A stretch of DNA of 64,000 bases from positions 87,665 through 151,664 of the forward strand of contig JAHFSY010000003.1 in assembly GCA_023269615.1 (NCBI GenBank). Reading direction: 5' to 3'. Positions 36,672 through 46,210 of this stretch are shown one piece after another. The translations under genes and the position numbers were made by a program. The DNA is from Verrucomicrobiota bacterium. Its GTDB lineage: Bacteria; Verrucomicrobiota; Verrucomicrobiia; JABWAM01. Position 1 is the first letter of the stretch; every line of letters begins with the position of its first letter. The notes under the pieces were generated by a model. The model searched no databases. It worked only from the letters and a program-made list of their open reading frames with translations, and was not told the DNA's origin.

Positions 36672-37907
36672 ATGACGACGACCGAACTTGAAATCGCGGA
36701 TGCGGCCTCGCGGGGCGTTCCTTCGGGCGAGGGGGTGGGCGAGCACCTGGTCTTGAACATGGGGCCTTCGCACCCGAGCACGCACGGGGTGCTGCGGATC
36801 ATTCTCGAGCTGGACGGCGAGGTGATCACGAAGGCGACGCCAGACATCGGCTACCTTCATCGCGGGGACGAGAAGATTGCGGAGAACATGACGTACACTC
36901 AGTTCATCCCGTACACGGACCGCCTGGATTATCTTGCCCCGCTGGCCAACAACGTGGCGTACGTGCTTGCGGTGGAAAAACTGCTGGGCGTGCAGGATCG
37001 CTTGACGCCGCGATGCCAGCATATCCGCGTGATGTGCTGCGAGCTGGCGCGCATCTCGGCGCATCTCCTGGGGATTGGCGCGCTGGCGATGGACACGGGA
37101 GCGCTGACCGTTTTTCTTTACACGTTCACGCAGCGCGAGACGATTTACAACCTGATCGAGGCGCTGACGGGCGCGCGCTTCACGACATCGTACACCCGGG
37201 TGGGCGGGTTGAGCCGTGATTTGCCGGAGGGCTGGCTCGACGCCGTCCGCAAATTCATTCCCGAATGTTGGAAGGCGATTGACGAGGTGGACCATCTGCT
37301 CACGCGCAACCGCATCTTTGTGGACCGCACGCGCAACGTGGGCGTGCTGAGCAAGGCGGATGCGATCGAGTACGGCGTCACGGGCCCCAACCTGCGCGGC
37401 TCCGGGGTTGCGTTCGACCTGCGCAAGGATCATCCATACCTGGCGTATCCAGAATATGATTTTGAGATCCCCGTGGGTTCCGTGGGCGATTCGTACGACC
37501 GCTACCTGGTGCGCATCGAGGAGATCCGCCAGAGCCTGCGCATCCTCAAGCAGGGGGCGGCGAACATGCCGGGCGGGCCGATCAACATTTCCGACAGCAA
37601 GACGGTGCTGCCGTCCAAGGAGAAGGTGCTCACGAAGATGGAGGAATTGATCCACCAGTTCATCCTGGTGACGGAGGGATTTGACGCACCACCGGGGGAG
37701 GTTTATTTCGAGGCGGAAAATCCGAAAGGCCAGCTTGGGTTTTACATTCACAGCAAGGGCGGGGGCGTGCCGCACCGGTTGAAAATTCGGGCGCCTTCGT
37801 TTGCCAATCTCAGCGTGCTTCCAAAACTTCTGCCCGGCAACATGCTGAGCGATGCCACCGCCATTTTGGGAAGCATTGATTTTGTGATGGGGGAATGTGA
37901 CCGGTGA
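36672..37907 (+). CDS. nuoD: NADH-quinone oxidoreductase subunit D (NuoD/Nqo4, 49 kDa)
   Basis: 'GPSHPSTHGVLRI' and 'RVGGLSRDLP', with C-terminal 'GSIDFVMGECDR'. It is an isolated gene. Confidence 0.9.
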   Translation: MTTTELEIADAASRGVPSGEGVGEHLVLNMGPSHPSTHGVLRIILELDGEVITKATPDIGYLHRGDEKIAENMTYTQFIPYTDRLDYLAPLANNVAYVLAVEKLLGVQDRLTPRCQHIRVMCCELARISAHLLGIGALAMDTGALTVFLYTFTQRETIYNLIEALTGARFTTSYTRVGGLSRDLPEGWLDAVRKFIPECWKAIDEVDHLLTRNRIFVDRTRNVGVLSKADAIEYGVTGPNLRGSGVAFDLRKDHPYLAYPEYDFEIPVGSVGDSYDRYLVRIEEIRQSLRILKQGAANMPGGPINISDSKTVLPSKEKVLTKMEELIHQFILVTEGFDAPPGEVYFEAENPKGQLGFYIHSKGGGVPHRLKIRAPSFANLSVLPKLLPGNMLSDATAILGSIDFVMGECDR

Positions 37908-37914
37908 GAAAGAG

Positions 37915-38096
37915 GGGACAGGTGACAGGAGACAGGAGACAGGAGTCAGAATTCGGAATCCAGATGCGAGGTGTCATTGAAGTTGGACATGCTTTGATTT
38001 CAGAAGCTGGGTTTCGTAACAGCGCATCTTCATTTGACGGTTCGGAATTCATGCCACGTCACCCTTCTGTCGCCTGTCACCTGTCACCTGTCACCT
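37915..38096. repeat. Inverted-repeat element built from tandem 7-mers (GACAGGN x3.5), CCTGTCA family
   Basis: Left arm 'gacaggtgacaggagacaggagacagg' at 37915..37945. Right arm 'cctgtcacctgtcacctgtcacctgg' at 38065..38096, the reverse complement with 2 mismatches. Confidence 0.55.
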
Positions 38097-38115
38097 GGGC
38101 ACCAGGGTCCGCCCG

Positions 38116-39384
38116 ATGAAATTCCTTCTTGCCACCTGGGGTTCTTCCGGCGATTTGCATCCCTTTCTCTCGCTGGGAGCGGAGCTGGTGCGGCGGGGGC
38201 ATTCGGTGAAACTGGTCGGGCTGGATTCATGGGCGGATCGGGTCCGATCCACGGGGATGGAATTTGTGCCATCGGGCTCGGATGTGCAACTCGAGGAGAT
38301 GAAACGGCATCCCGAGGTTTTTTCGCCGCGAAACCTGGGGCTCACCTCCCTGCGCGCGTTGATGAGGGATTTTGTGGCGCCCTCCTTTGCTCCCATGGCG
38401 GGGGCGATGATCGATGCGGCGAAAGATTGCGATTGCCTGGTGTCACACAGTTTCGTGCTGGTGTCGCCGCTGGTGGCGGAGAAGACAGGGGTCCGCTTCG
38501 CGTCGGTGAGCCTGGCGCCGGGCGTGATCCCGAGCCGTTGTTCGATGCCATCCGGCGCGCTGCTCGATCCGTTTCGTGGCGTCGTGGGAGAATGGATCAA
38601 CCGGGGCATCTGGCAGATTGGAAAGTGGATGAGCCGTCCGAGCGTGGACCCGATGTTGAACGAGTTCCGTGCCTCGCAGGGATTGCCTCCGGTGAAGGAC
38701 GCGATTTTCACGAGCGTGTCGCGCGAACTGCACCTCCAACTCTACAGCAAGAACTTTGCCCCTCCCGAGCCCGACTGGCATCCGTCGCTGAAGCAGGCGG
38801 GTTTTTGTTTCTGGGACGAACCGGAATCATGGACGCCGCCCGGGGAGTTGCTGCGCTTTCTGGAGGCGGGCCCGAAACCCATCCTGTTCACCCTGGGGAC
38901 GAGCGCGATTTTCAGCCCGATGGGATTTTACGAGGCTGCGGCGCAAGCCGTGCGGGGGACGGGCCATCGGGCGATTCTCCTGACGGGACTGGCGGAGAAC
39001 GCGCCCCGCGATCTGCCACCGGAAGTGTTGGCCGTGAATTATGCGCCTTACGGATGGATCATGCCGCGATGCGCGGCGGTGTCACACCAATGCGGGATTG
39101 GCACATCGTCACAGGCGTTGCGTGCGGGGCTGCCTTCCATTTTATGCCCGTATGCCTTTGACCAGCCGAACAACGCAATGCGAATCCAGGGGTTGGGCGC
39201 AGGGGTGGTGCTTCCGAGAAACCGTCGTGGCCCGGAGGATTTGCGCGTGGCGATTGGGCGGATCATGGGAGAGCCGGGTTTTCGTCAGTCGGCCGGCAAA
39301 ATCGCGCGCGGCATCGCGGCAGAGAACGGCCCCTCCGTTGCGGCGGATGAGCTGGAGCGGTTTGTGAAGAAGAAAACCAGCTGA
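38116..39384 (+). CDS. GT1-family UDP-glycosyltransferase (MGT/UGT-like)
   Basis: 'LLATWGSSGDLHPFLSLGAEL' N-terminus and C-terminal 'HQCGIGTSSQAL' donor-binding block. Confidence 0.75.
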   Translation: MKFLLATWGSSGDLHPFLSLGAELVRRGHSVKLVGLDSWADRVRSTGMEFVPSGSDVQLEEMKRHPEVFSPRNLGLTSLRALMRDFVAPSFAPMAGAMIDAAKDCDCLVSHSFVLVSPLVAEKTGVRFASVSLAPGVIPSRCSMPSGALLDPFRGVVGEWINRGIWQIGKWMSRPSVDPMLNEFRASQGLPPVKDAIFTSVSRELHLQLYSKNFAPPEPDWHPSLKQAGFCFWDEPESWTPPGELLRFLEAGPKPILFTLGTSAIFSPMGFYEAAAQAVRGTGHRAILLTGLAENAPRDLPPEVLAVNYAPYGWIMPRCAAVSHQCGIGTSSQALRAGLPSILCPYAFDQPNNAMRIQGLGAGVVLPRNRRGPEDLRVAIGRIMGEPGFRQSAGKIARGIAAENGPSVAADELERFVKKKTS

Positions 39385-39445
39385 TGGATCACATTCCAAT
39401 TTAAAGGGTTGCAATCCAAGGGTTGGAAAATAGAGTCTGGACATC

Positions 39446-40237
39446 ATGGAATGGTATTACGCTGAAGGAGAAAACCGGGTTGGGCCTGTTTCTGATACCG
39501 ATATGAATGCGCTGGCTACGTCGGGAAAAGTCCGCCCGGAAACGCTGGTCTGGCATGACGGCATGGCGGGATGGCAGCCGTACTCGAGTGTTCGCCCGGG
39601 TGGGGCGCCCGCGACGGCGCCGGGACTTCGCCTCAAACCATACGCGGCCCCCGAGGCCACGTTACCGGGTTCCCAGACACCCCACGCTTGTTCGGTGTGC
39701 GGCAAGCCTTTTCCCGCGGACGAGATGATCCAGTATCAAAACTCGTGGGTGTGCGCGGCATGCAAGCCGATTTTTTTTCAGCGGGTGAAAGAGGGGGCCA
39801 GTGTGCCGGGCGTGATGGACTACGCCGGCTTTTGGATTCGCGTGGGGGCGCGTTTTGTGGACGGAATCATTCTGTACGTGGTGAACACGCTGGTGGGCGT
39901 GGTGGCGGGCGCCGGCATCGCGGCCGGTGGCAGTCGGAGCGCGCTCCACGTGGGCCTGCAAATCATTCTCATGTTCATTGGCATCGGCATCGGCGCCGCG
40001 TACACGATCTGGTTTACCGGCAAGTACGGGGCCACCCCCGGCAAGATGGCTTGCAAGATCAAAGTGGTCCGCGCAGACGGCAGCCCGCTGACCTACGGCC
40101 GCGCCTGCGGCCGGTATTTTGCGGACATGGTGAACGGATTAACGCTGGGAATCGGCTACATCATGGTGGCCTTTGACGAGGAGAAGCGCGGCTTGCACGA
40201 CCGCATTTGCGACACCCGAGTGATTCGAATCCCGTGA
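39446..40237 (+). CDS. RDD-family membrane protein with N-terminal DUF4339 (GYF-like) domain
   Basis: 'MEWYYAEGENRVGPVS...LVWHDGMAGWQPY', then a zinc-ribbon, then an RDD domain ('GFWIRVGARFVDGIILY', 'RGLHDRICDTRVIR'). Confidence 0.6.
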   Translation: MEWYYAEGENRVGPVSDTDMNALATSGKVRPETLVWHDGMAGWQPYSSVRPGGAPATAPGLRLKPYAAPEATLPGSQTPHACSVCGKPFPADEMIQYQNSWVCAACKPIFFQRVKEGASVPGVMDYAGFWIRVGARFVDGIILYVVNTLVGVVAGAGIAAGGSRSALHVGLQIILMFIGIGIGAAYTIWFTGKYGATPGKMACKIKVVRADGSPLTYGRACGRYFADMVNGLTLGIGYIMVAFDEEKRGLHDRICDTRVIRIP

Positions 40238-40824
40238 CCGCCACCCTCTTTTCACTCGACTGCCCGAAATGCGGCGACCCGATTTCCCCGACGGCCTGCA
40301 ACACCGGAGAGATGACGCCCTGCGGGCGATGCGGCACGCGCTACCAGGCGCTTGTATTTCCGGCGATCCTCCGGACATTCGAGATGCCCGCCGCAGGCGC
40401 GGGCGTGATTCAGGCGGAAGAGTCGAGCTGCTATTACCATTCCGCAAAAAAAGCGGTGACGGTCTGTGAAAGTTGCGGAGTCTTCCTGTGCGCCCTCTGC
40501 GATGTGTCGCTCAACAACCAGCATCTTTGTCCCAAGTGCATCGAGAAGGGAAAGGCAAAGGGACGGATGAAACACCTGGAGAACCAGAGAATATTGTATG
40601 ACGACATGGCATTGCGGCTCGCGCTCTACCCTGTCCTGCTGGTGATCACCGTGTATTTCACATTCATGACCGCCCCGGCCGCCCTCTTCATCGCCATCCG
40701 TTACTGGAACGCCCCGGGCAGCATCATTGGGCGAAGTAAATTCCGCATGGTCCTTGCCATCCTTTTTGCCACGCTCCAGATCCTTGGCTGGATCATGCTG
40801 TGTGTCTGGTTTGCAACCCATTGA
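40207..40824 (+). CDS. Zinc-ribbon membrane protein (hypothetical); start uncertain
   Basis: Two CxxC pairs ('CPKCGD', 'CGRCG'; 'CESCG', 'CPKC') followed by 2 TM helices. Confidence 0.4.
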   Translation: MRHPSDSNPVTATLFSLDCPKCGDPISPTACNTGEMTPCGRCGTRYQALVFPAILRTFEMPAAGAGVIQAEESSCYYHSAKKAVTVCESCGVFLCALCDVSLNNQHLCPKCIEKGKAKGRMKHLENQRILYDDMALRLALYPVLLVITVYFTFMTAPAALFIAIRYWNAPGSIIGRSKFRMVLAILFATLQILGWIMLCVWFATH

Positions 40825-40833
40825 AATTTCCAC

Positions 40834-41859
40834 ATGGCACGACAACCCAAGGAATATGTTCGCCTGCCTGGCCGTGGCCAGAAAGTGGTCGGTGTCCTGA
40901 GTGCCGGGAGAACCAGCCTGTGGCTTGGGAATGACCACCTGCTGCATGTCTCCGACCAATGGTTCACTGAAACCTACAAGCGGTTTTATTTCCGCGACAT
41001 CCAGGCCATCATGCTCCGCAAAACGCGCGCTGGAAAAATCATCAACCTGGTTTGCGGCCTGGTGGCGCTGCTGGTTTTTCTGTTTCCGCTTGCCGGGAAA
41101 CTGTATTGGGCATGGGATGCGGCCGGCATGATCGTGGGCGGTTGCTTCGGGGGATTTTTTCTTCTCATCGTCGTCGTCAACAGCCTCATGGGCCCCACCA
41201 GCTCGTGCAAACTCAAGACGGCGGTGCAGTCGGAGGAACTCCCCTCGCTGGCCCGCCTGTGGAGGGCGCGCAAGGTGTTGCGCATCCTGAGGGCCAGGAT
41301 CGATGCAGAGCAGGGCGTTCTCAGCCAGGAGGAGATCGCGTCCAATCGTGAAGCCATTCTCGCAGCTGGCGCGCTTGGGGCGGGGAATCCGCTCAAGGCC
41401 GCGGGCCCCCCGGAACTCATGCGGCACTGCGACGACCGTTTTCATGCGGCCATGCTTTACATCCTGTTGTTCGACGGCGTCCTGACCATCATCAATATTT
41501 TCATCCAGAACAAGCTGATCGATGCGATCTCCGCGTGCGTCCTCCTGGGCGGGATCACCTGCATGACGACCGCCCTCTTCAAGCAGCAGCGGAGCGACCT
41601 GCCTTCGGGATTGAAAAATCTGACCTGGGCCACCCTGGCATACACGGTTGCCTTCATGATTGTTGCAATCGGCTATGGGGTGATCCTGGCCCTGGAGAAT
41701 CCCGGGAAAATCGGGACCCAGCTTTCGCCATTCGATCATCCCGTGATCATGGCCATGGACCTGGTCTCGGCCATCTGCGATTTTTCGATTGGCGGATGCG
41801 GCGTGTACCTGCTCCAGAAATTCCGCCGTGAATCAGCGGCGCCCGACGCCCAGCCTTGA
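40834..41859 (+). CDS. Hypothetical polytopic membrane protein
   Basis: At least 6 predicted TM segments and no recognisable motif. Translationally coupled (ATGA overlap) to the next gene. Confidence 0.4.
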   Translation: MARQPKEYVRLPGRGQKVVGVLSAGRTSLWLGNDHLLHVSDQWFTETYKRFYFRDIQAIMLRKTRAGKIINLVCGLVALLVFLFPLAGKLYWAWDAAGMIVGGCFGGFFLLIVVVNSLMGPTSSCKLKTAVQSEELPSLARLWRARKVLRILRARIDAEQGVLSQEEIASNREAILAAGALGAGNPLKAAGPPELMRHCDDRFHAAMLYILLFDGVLTIINIFIQNKLIDAISACVLLGGITCMTTALFKQQRSDLPSGLKNLTWATLAYTVAFMIVAIGYGVILALENPGKIGTQLSPFDHPVIMAMDLVSAICDFSIGGCGVYLLQKFRRESAAPDAQP

Positions 41860-42182
41860 TGCAACATCTCGCACAACAACGCTGCCACCATCACCTCGCC
41901 CGCGAGGCGGTGGCACGCTGTCCCGAGTGCGCGCGGTTTTTCTGCCGCGAGTGCATCACGGAGCATGACGACCGGGTGATCTGCGCCACCTGCCTGAAAA
42001 AAATCACGGGCGCGTCCGGCGGGAGGAAACAGCGCCTGCGTGGCGTGATGACCCTGGCGTACGCGCTCTTCGGGTTCCTGTTCCTGTGGATGTTTTTTTA
42101 TTGCATCGGCCAGGGGCTGCTTTCGATGCCCTCCTCGTTCCATGAGGGAACGCTCTGGAAAAAAATTCAGGACGAGCCCTGA
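41856..42182 (+). CDS. Small zinc-ribbon membrane protein (hypothetical)
   Basis: 'CPECARFFCRECI...CATC' followed by 1 TM helix. Confidence 0.4.
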   Translation: MMQHLAQQRCHHHLAREAVARCPECARFFCRECITEHDDRVICATCLKKITGASGGRKQRLRGVMTLAYALFGFLFLWMFFYCIGQGLLSMPSSFHEGTLWKKIQDEP

Positions 42183-42204
42183 CCTCCCATCTGGAAGGGT
42201 CTTC

Positions 42205-43869
42205 ATGAAACAGGCGAGATCAAAAAACCAGAGGTGGCGCAACAAGGGGGCGCTGGAACTTGTGGAGGAATCAGTCCACCTGCTGCGAATGGCGCCGCTG
42301 GGATTTTTATTCAGCTATTACACGGGCAGCCTGCCCTTCGTGCTGGGGCTTTTGTTTTTCTGGGCGGACATGAGCCGCAGCGCATTCGCGGGGCGGCATT
42401 GCGCACGGGCCGCTTTTTTTCTGGCGCTGCTCTATCTCTGGATGAAGTGCTGGCAGGCGGTGTACGCCGGCCAGCTTCGGGCGCGCGTGGCAGGATCGGA
42501 ACCCGTGCGATGGAGCGTGTCGCGTGTTGCGCGCATGCTCGCGACCCAGTCCATCGTGCAACCCACGTGCATGGTTGTGCTCCCGATCTCCTTCCTGATC
42601 ACCCTGCCCTTTGGATGGGTGTATGCATTTTACCAGAACCTTTCGGTGACGGGCGATGGCGGGGAGGAGAATGTGCGGGAGTCGGTACGGAAGGCGTCGC
42701 GGCAGGCGTCGCTCTTTGCGGGGCAGAACCACCTTCTGATCGTGATCCTGTTCTCGTTCGGCGTGGTGATTTTCATGAACCTGACGCTTGCCTTGTTCAT
42801 GCTGCCGCATTTGCTCAAAATGTTTTCCGGCGTGGAGAATCTTTTCACGCGGAGCGGGATGAACATGCTGAACAGCACCTTCTTTGCGGTGACCGGCGGC
42901 CTGACGTACCTGTGTGTGAACCCGCTCATCAAGGCGGCCTACGTGTTGCGCTGTTTTTACGGCGAGTCGTTGCAGACGGGCGCCGATTTGCGGTCGGATC
43001 TGGGGCGTTTCGCGCGTGCGCCGCGCACCCTGGTGGCGGCGCTGGCGATTTTCGTGATGATGTCCGTGTGTGCAATGGCCGATGACCCGGCGGGCGGGAC
43101 TCCGCCTGCGAATGTGGAGGCCGGCGAACTGGACCGTTCGATCCGCGAGGTGATTGACCGACCCGAATACACGTGGCGTCTGCCGAGGGAAAAGCTGCCG
43201 GAGGATGACGTCGAACGGGGATTCGTCGGAAAATTCATGGATGACGCGCTCAACACCATCAAGGAACTCCTGCGGCCGATCAAGGTCTGGATAAAGGATA
43301 CGTTGGCATGGATCGAGGACTGGATGAAACGGCATTCGCCTGATCCGCAACCGCACGAACGTGGATCGTGGGACTGGCATTTCACGGCCCAGGCCTTGAT
43401 TTTCGCCCTGCTGGCGCTCGTGGCGAGCATCCTGGCCATCCTGCTGTTGAGAATGTGGCGGCGGCGGCGCATGTCGTCGCCCGAGGTGGTTGGACGAGCC
43501 GTGGCGGCAGCACCGGACCTGACGAAGGAGGATGTGCAGGCCGACGAGCTTCCGTCGGACGAATGGCTGGCCCTCGCCCGCGAGTTGCTGGCGAAGGGCG
43601 AGCTGCGCCTTGCGTTGCGCGCATTTTACCTCTCGACGCTTGCCGGGCTCGCGCAGCGGGAGATCATCACGCTCGCCCGGTTCAAGTCCAACCGCGACTA
43701 CGAGGGCGAGGTGAAGAGGCGCGCCCATTCGCAGCCGGAAGTGATCGAGGCCTTCGCGCAGAACATGACCGTCTTCGAAAGCGCATGGTACGGGATGCAT
43801 GAGGTGACCCGCGAGGCGGTCGAACATTTCATCACGAACCATGAAAGGATCCAGACCCATGCGTCGTGA
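42205..43869 (+). CDS. DUF4129-domain membrane protein
   Basis: N-terminal multi-TM region. The C-terminal segment 'LAKGELRLALRAFYLSTLAGLAQREIITLARFKSNRDY' matches the DUF4129 core. Confidence 0.55.
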   Translation: MKQARSKNQRWRNKGALELVEESVHLLRMAPLGFLFSYYTGSLPFVLGLLFFWADMSRSAFAGRHCARAAFFLALLYLWMKCWQAVYAGQLRARVAGSEPVRWSVSRVARMLATQSIVQPTCMVVLPISFLITLPFGWVYAFYQNLSVTGDGGEENVRESVRKASRQASLFAGQNHLLIVILFSFGVVIFMNLTLALFMLPHLLKMFSGVENLFTRSGMNMLNSTFFAVTGGLTYLCVNPLIKAAYVLRCFYGESLQTGADLRSDLGRFARAPRTLVAALAIFVMMSVCAMADDPAGGTPPANVEAGELDRSIREVIDRPEYTWRLPREKLPEDDVERGFVGKFMDDALNTIKELLRPIKVWIKDTLAWIEDWMKRHSPDPQPHERGSWDWHFTAQALIFALLALVASILAILLLRMWRRRRMSSPEVVGRAVAAAPDLTKEDVQADELPSDEWLALARELLAKGELRLALRAFYLSTLAGLAQREIITLARFKSNRDYEGEVKRRAHSQPEVIEAFAQNMTVFESAWYGMHEVTREAVEHFITNHERIQTHAS

Positions 43870-45238
43870 TTCCAGATGGATGTTCGTACTCCTGCCACTC
43901 ATCGTGGCCCTGTTTGCGTTTGGCCTGGCGCAGCTGTTGCGGCTGCGGTTTGAGACGGGCGATGCCTATCCGCCCTACTCCTCGCTGCGTTCCGATCCGC
44001 TCGGGACGCGGGCATTTTACCAGAGCCTTGAGCGCCTCGACCGTGTTGCGGTCGAGCGCAATCACCTGCCGCTCGAAAAACGGCACGACGACGCGCCCAC
44101 CACGCTTTTTCTTTTCGGCTTGGATGTAACCAGCATGAATTACATGATGGAGCAGGAAGTGCTCGATCTGGAGACGCGCGTCCGTGCTGGTGAACGCCTT
44201 GTCCTCACCTTCCTGCCTGTCAGTCAAAAACCAAACCTGATCCGCTGGTTGGACAAACAGGAGAAGGAAGAGTTTGAAAAAAACGAGAAGGAGCGGATGG
44301 AAGGGGAAAAGAATGCGGCTGGAACAAATGAAACTGCAAAAGTGGAATCGCCGGTGAAGGAGGATCCTCTGGCGCAGCAGCCCCCGCCGGCTGGGGAGAA
44401 ATCGGAAGAACCTGCACCGGCGGAACAGAAACGGCCCGCGACGAAACATGCCTCCAAGGACACCCTCGATCCATCGGGTGAATCTCTTTCATTGAAGCAG
44501 CGATGGGGGGTTGGCTTCGATTACTCGGATTTGAAAGCCACTCCTGATGACAAGCCCGTGCCGGAGACTGCATTGAAGAAGGATGCGCCGGATGAATTTG
44601 ACAAGGTGTCCTGGCACTCGGCGCTTTATTTCAAGGACCTCACGTCCGACTGGCGCGTGGTGTACGTTCGCGGAGAGCTTCCGGTCATGATCGAGCGCAA
44701 GCTGGGTGCGGGCACCATGGTGCTGGTTTCCGACTCCTATTTTCTGAGCAACGAGGCGATGCGCAACGAGCGCCACCCCCCGCTGCTGGCCTGGCTGGCC
44801 GGGCCCCATCCAAAAATCATTTTCGACGAGACACATCTTGGCGTGCACGAAGACCAGGGCGTGGCGCTTCTCATGAGGAAGTACCGCCTGCACGGCCTTT
44901 TCGTGGGACTCTTCCTGCTGGCAGGGCTTTTCATCTGGAAGAACTCGTTCAGTTTCGTGCCGCCTCACGAGGACGAGCGCCAGGAGGAGGCGCAGGGTTT
45001 TGCGGCGGGACGCGACGACGAGTCGGGCTTCGTCAATCTCCTGCGCCGCAACATTCCGGCCTCGGCCATTTTGAAAACCTGTTTCGACGAGTGGAACAAG
45101 TCGTTCAGCCACCTTCGCAAACTCCCCGCATCCGACGTGGGGCGCATCCAGTCAGAAATCACCCAGCCTCCCTCGAAGGAGCACAACCCAGCAACCAGCT
45201 ACAACGCCATCACCCAAATCCTGGCGGAAAGGAAATAA
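43859..45238 (+). CDS. DUF4350-like membrane-anchored protein
   Basis: N-terminal TM, a central acidic/Lys-rich insert, the DUF4350-like block 'IIFDETHLGVHEDQG' and a C-terminal TM. Confidence 0.5.
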   Translation: MRRDSRWMFVLLPLIVALFAFGLAQLLRLRFETGDAYPPYSSLRSDPLGTRAFYQSLERLDRVAVERNHLPLEKRHDDAPTTLFLFGLDVTSMNYMMEQEVLDLETRVRAGERLVLTFLPVSQKPNLIRWLDKQEKEEFEKNEKERMEGEKNAAGTNETAKVESPVKEDPLAQQPPPAGEKSEEPAPAEQKRPATKHASKDTLDPSGESLSLKQRWGVGFDYSDLKATPDDKPVPETALKKDAPDEFDKVSWHSALYFKDLTSDWRVVYVRGELPVMIERKLGAGTMVLVSDSYFLSNEAMRNERHPPLLAWLAGPHPKIIFDETHLGVHEDQGVALLMRKYRLHGLFVGLFLLAGLFIWKNSFSFVPPHEDERQEEAQGFAAGRDDESGFVNLLRRNIPASAILKTCFDEWNKSFSHLRKLPASDVGRIQSEITQPPSKEHNPATSYNAITQILAERK

Positions 45239-45239
45239 C

Positions 45240-46208
45240 ATGGAACCCGTGAATACCAATGAATTGAAGGAAGTGCTCGCCAAGGCGCGGCAGGAGGTGG
45301 CCAAGATCATCATCGGCCACCAGGACATCGTGGACAAGGCGCTGATCGTCATCATCACCGGCAGCCACGCGCTCATCGAGGGTGTGCCCGGGGTGGGCAA
45401 GACGCTTCTCGTCCGCACGCTTGGGCATGTGCTGGGTTGTGATACGGGCCGCATCCAGTTCACGCCCGACCTGATGCCCTCGGACATCATCGGCACCAAC
45501 GTCTTCAACCTGCAGAAAAATGAATTCACGCTGGTGAAGGGGCCGGTCTTCACCACGTTCCTGCTGGCGGATGAAATCAACCGCGCGCCTGCGAAGACAC
45601 AGTCGGCCTTGCTGCAGGCGATGCAGGAGAGGCTGGTGAGCATTGACCGCGAGACGCACCGTCTTTCGGAAAACTTCACGGTCTTTGCAACGCAGAACCC
45701 GATCGAGTACGAGGGCACCTATCCGTTGCCCGAGGCGCAAAAGGACCGCTTCATGCTGAAAATCTCGATGGGCTGTCCCGGGCGCGAAGAGGAGCTTACG
45801 CTCGCGCAGCGGATGCTGGGAGGAAAGTCGCCCGAGGCCGCGCTTCGGGACGGACAGGTGCAGACGGTGATTCACAACGATGCGCTCTCACGTCTGCGAA
45901 AATCCCTGGATGGAATTCTGATGAAGGAGGAGCTTGTGGGTTACCTGGTGGACCTGGTGAGGGGGACACGCACGCACACGAGCATCCTCGTGGGCGCGGG
46001 CCCTCGCGCCACGCAATCCCTCCTCCTCGCCAGCCGCGCGTACGCGGCGTTGTCAGGGCGCGATTTTGTGACGCCCGACGACATCAAGGCGATGGTGACC
46101 CCCGTGCTCGAACACCGCGTGATCCTGCGTCCCGAGTTTGAGATCGAGGGCGTGACGGTGGGCGAAGTAATCCAGCAGATCGTGCAGGGAGTGGCGGTGC
46201 CACGCTGA
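45240..46208 (+). CDS. MoxR-family AAA+ ATPase
   Basis: Walker A 'GVPGVGKT', Walker B 'LLADEINRA' and 'TQNPIEYEGTYPLPEAQKDRF'. Confidence 0.9.
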   Translation: MEPVNTNELKEVLAKARQEVAKIIIGHQDIVDKALIVIITGSHALIEGVPGVGKTLLVRTLGHVLGCDTGRIQFTPDLMPSDIIGTNVFNLQKNEFTLVKGPVFTTFLLADEINRAPAKTQSALLQAMQERLVSIDRETHRLSENFTVFATQNPIEYEGTYPLPEAQKDRFMLKISMGCPGREEELTLAQRMLGGKSPEAALRDGQVQTVIHNDALSRLRKSLDGILMKEELVGYLVDLVRGTRTHTSILVGAGPRATQSLLLASRAYAALSGRDFVTPDDIKAMVTPVLEHRVILRPEFEIEGVTVGEVIQQIVQGVAVPR

Positions 46209-46210
46209 AG

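Noticed and set aside
37904-38119. A 71-codon ORF between nuoD and the GT1 gene.
   Set aside because: It lies entirely within the CCTGTCA inverted-repeat element. The translation is low-complexity and it has no RBS-like context. It is more likely a non-coding repeat.
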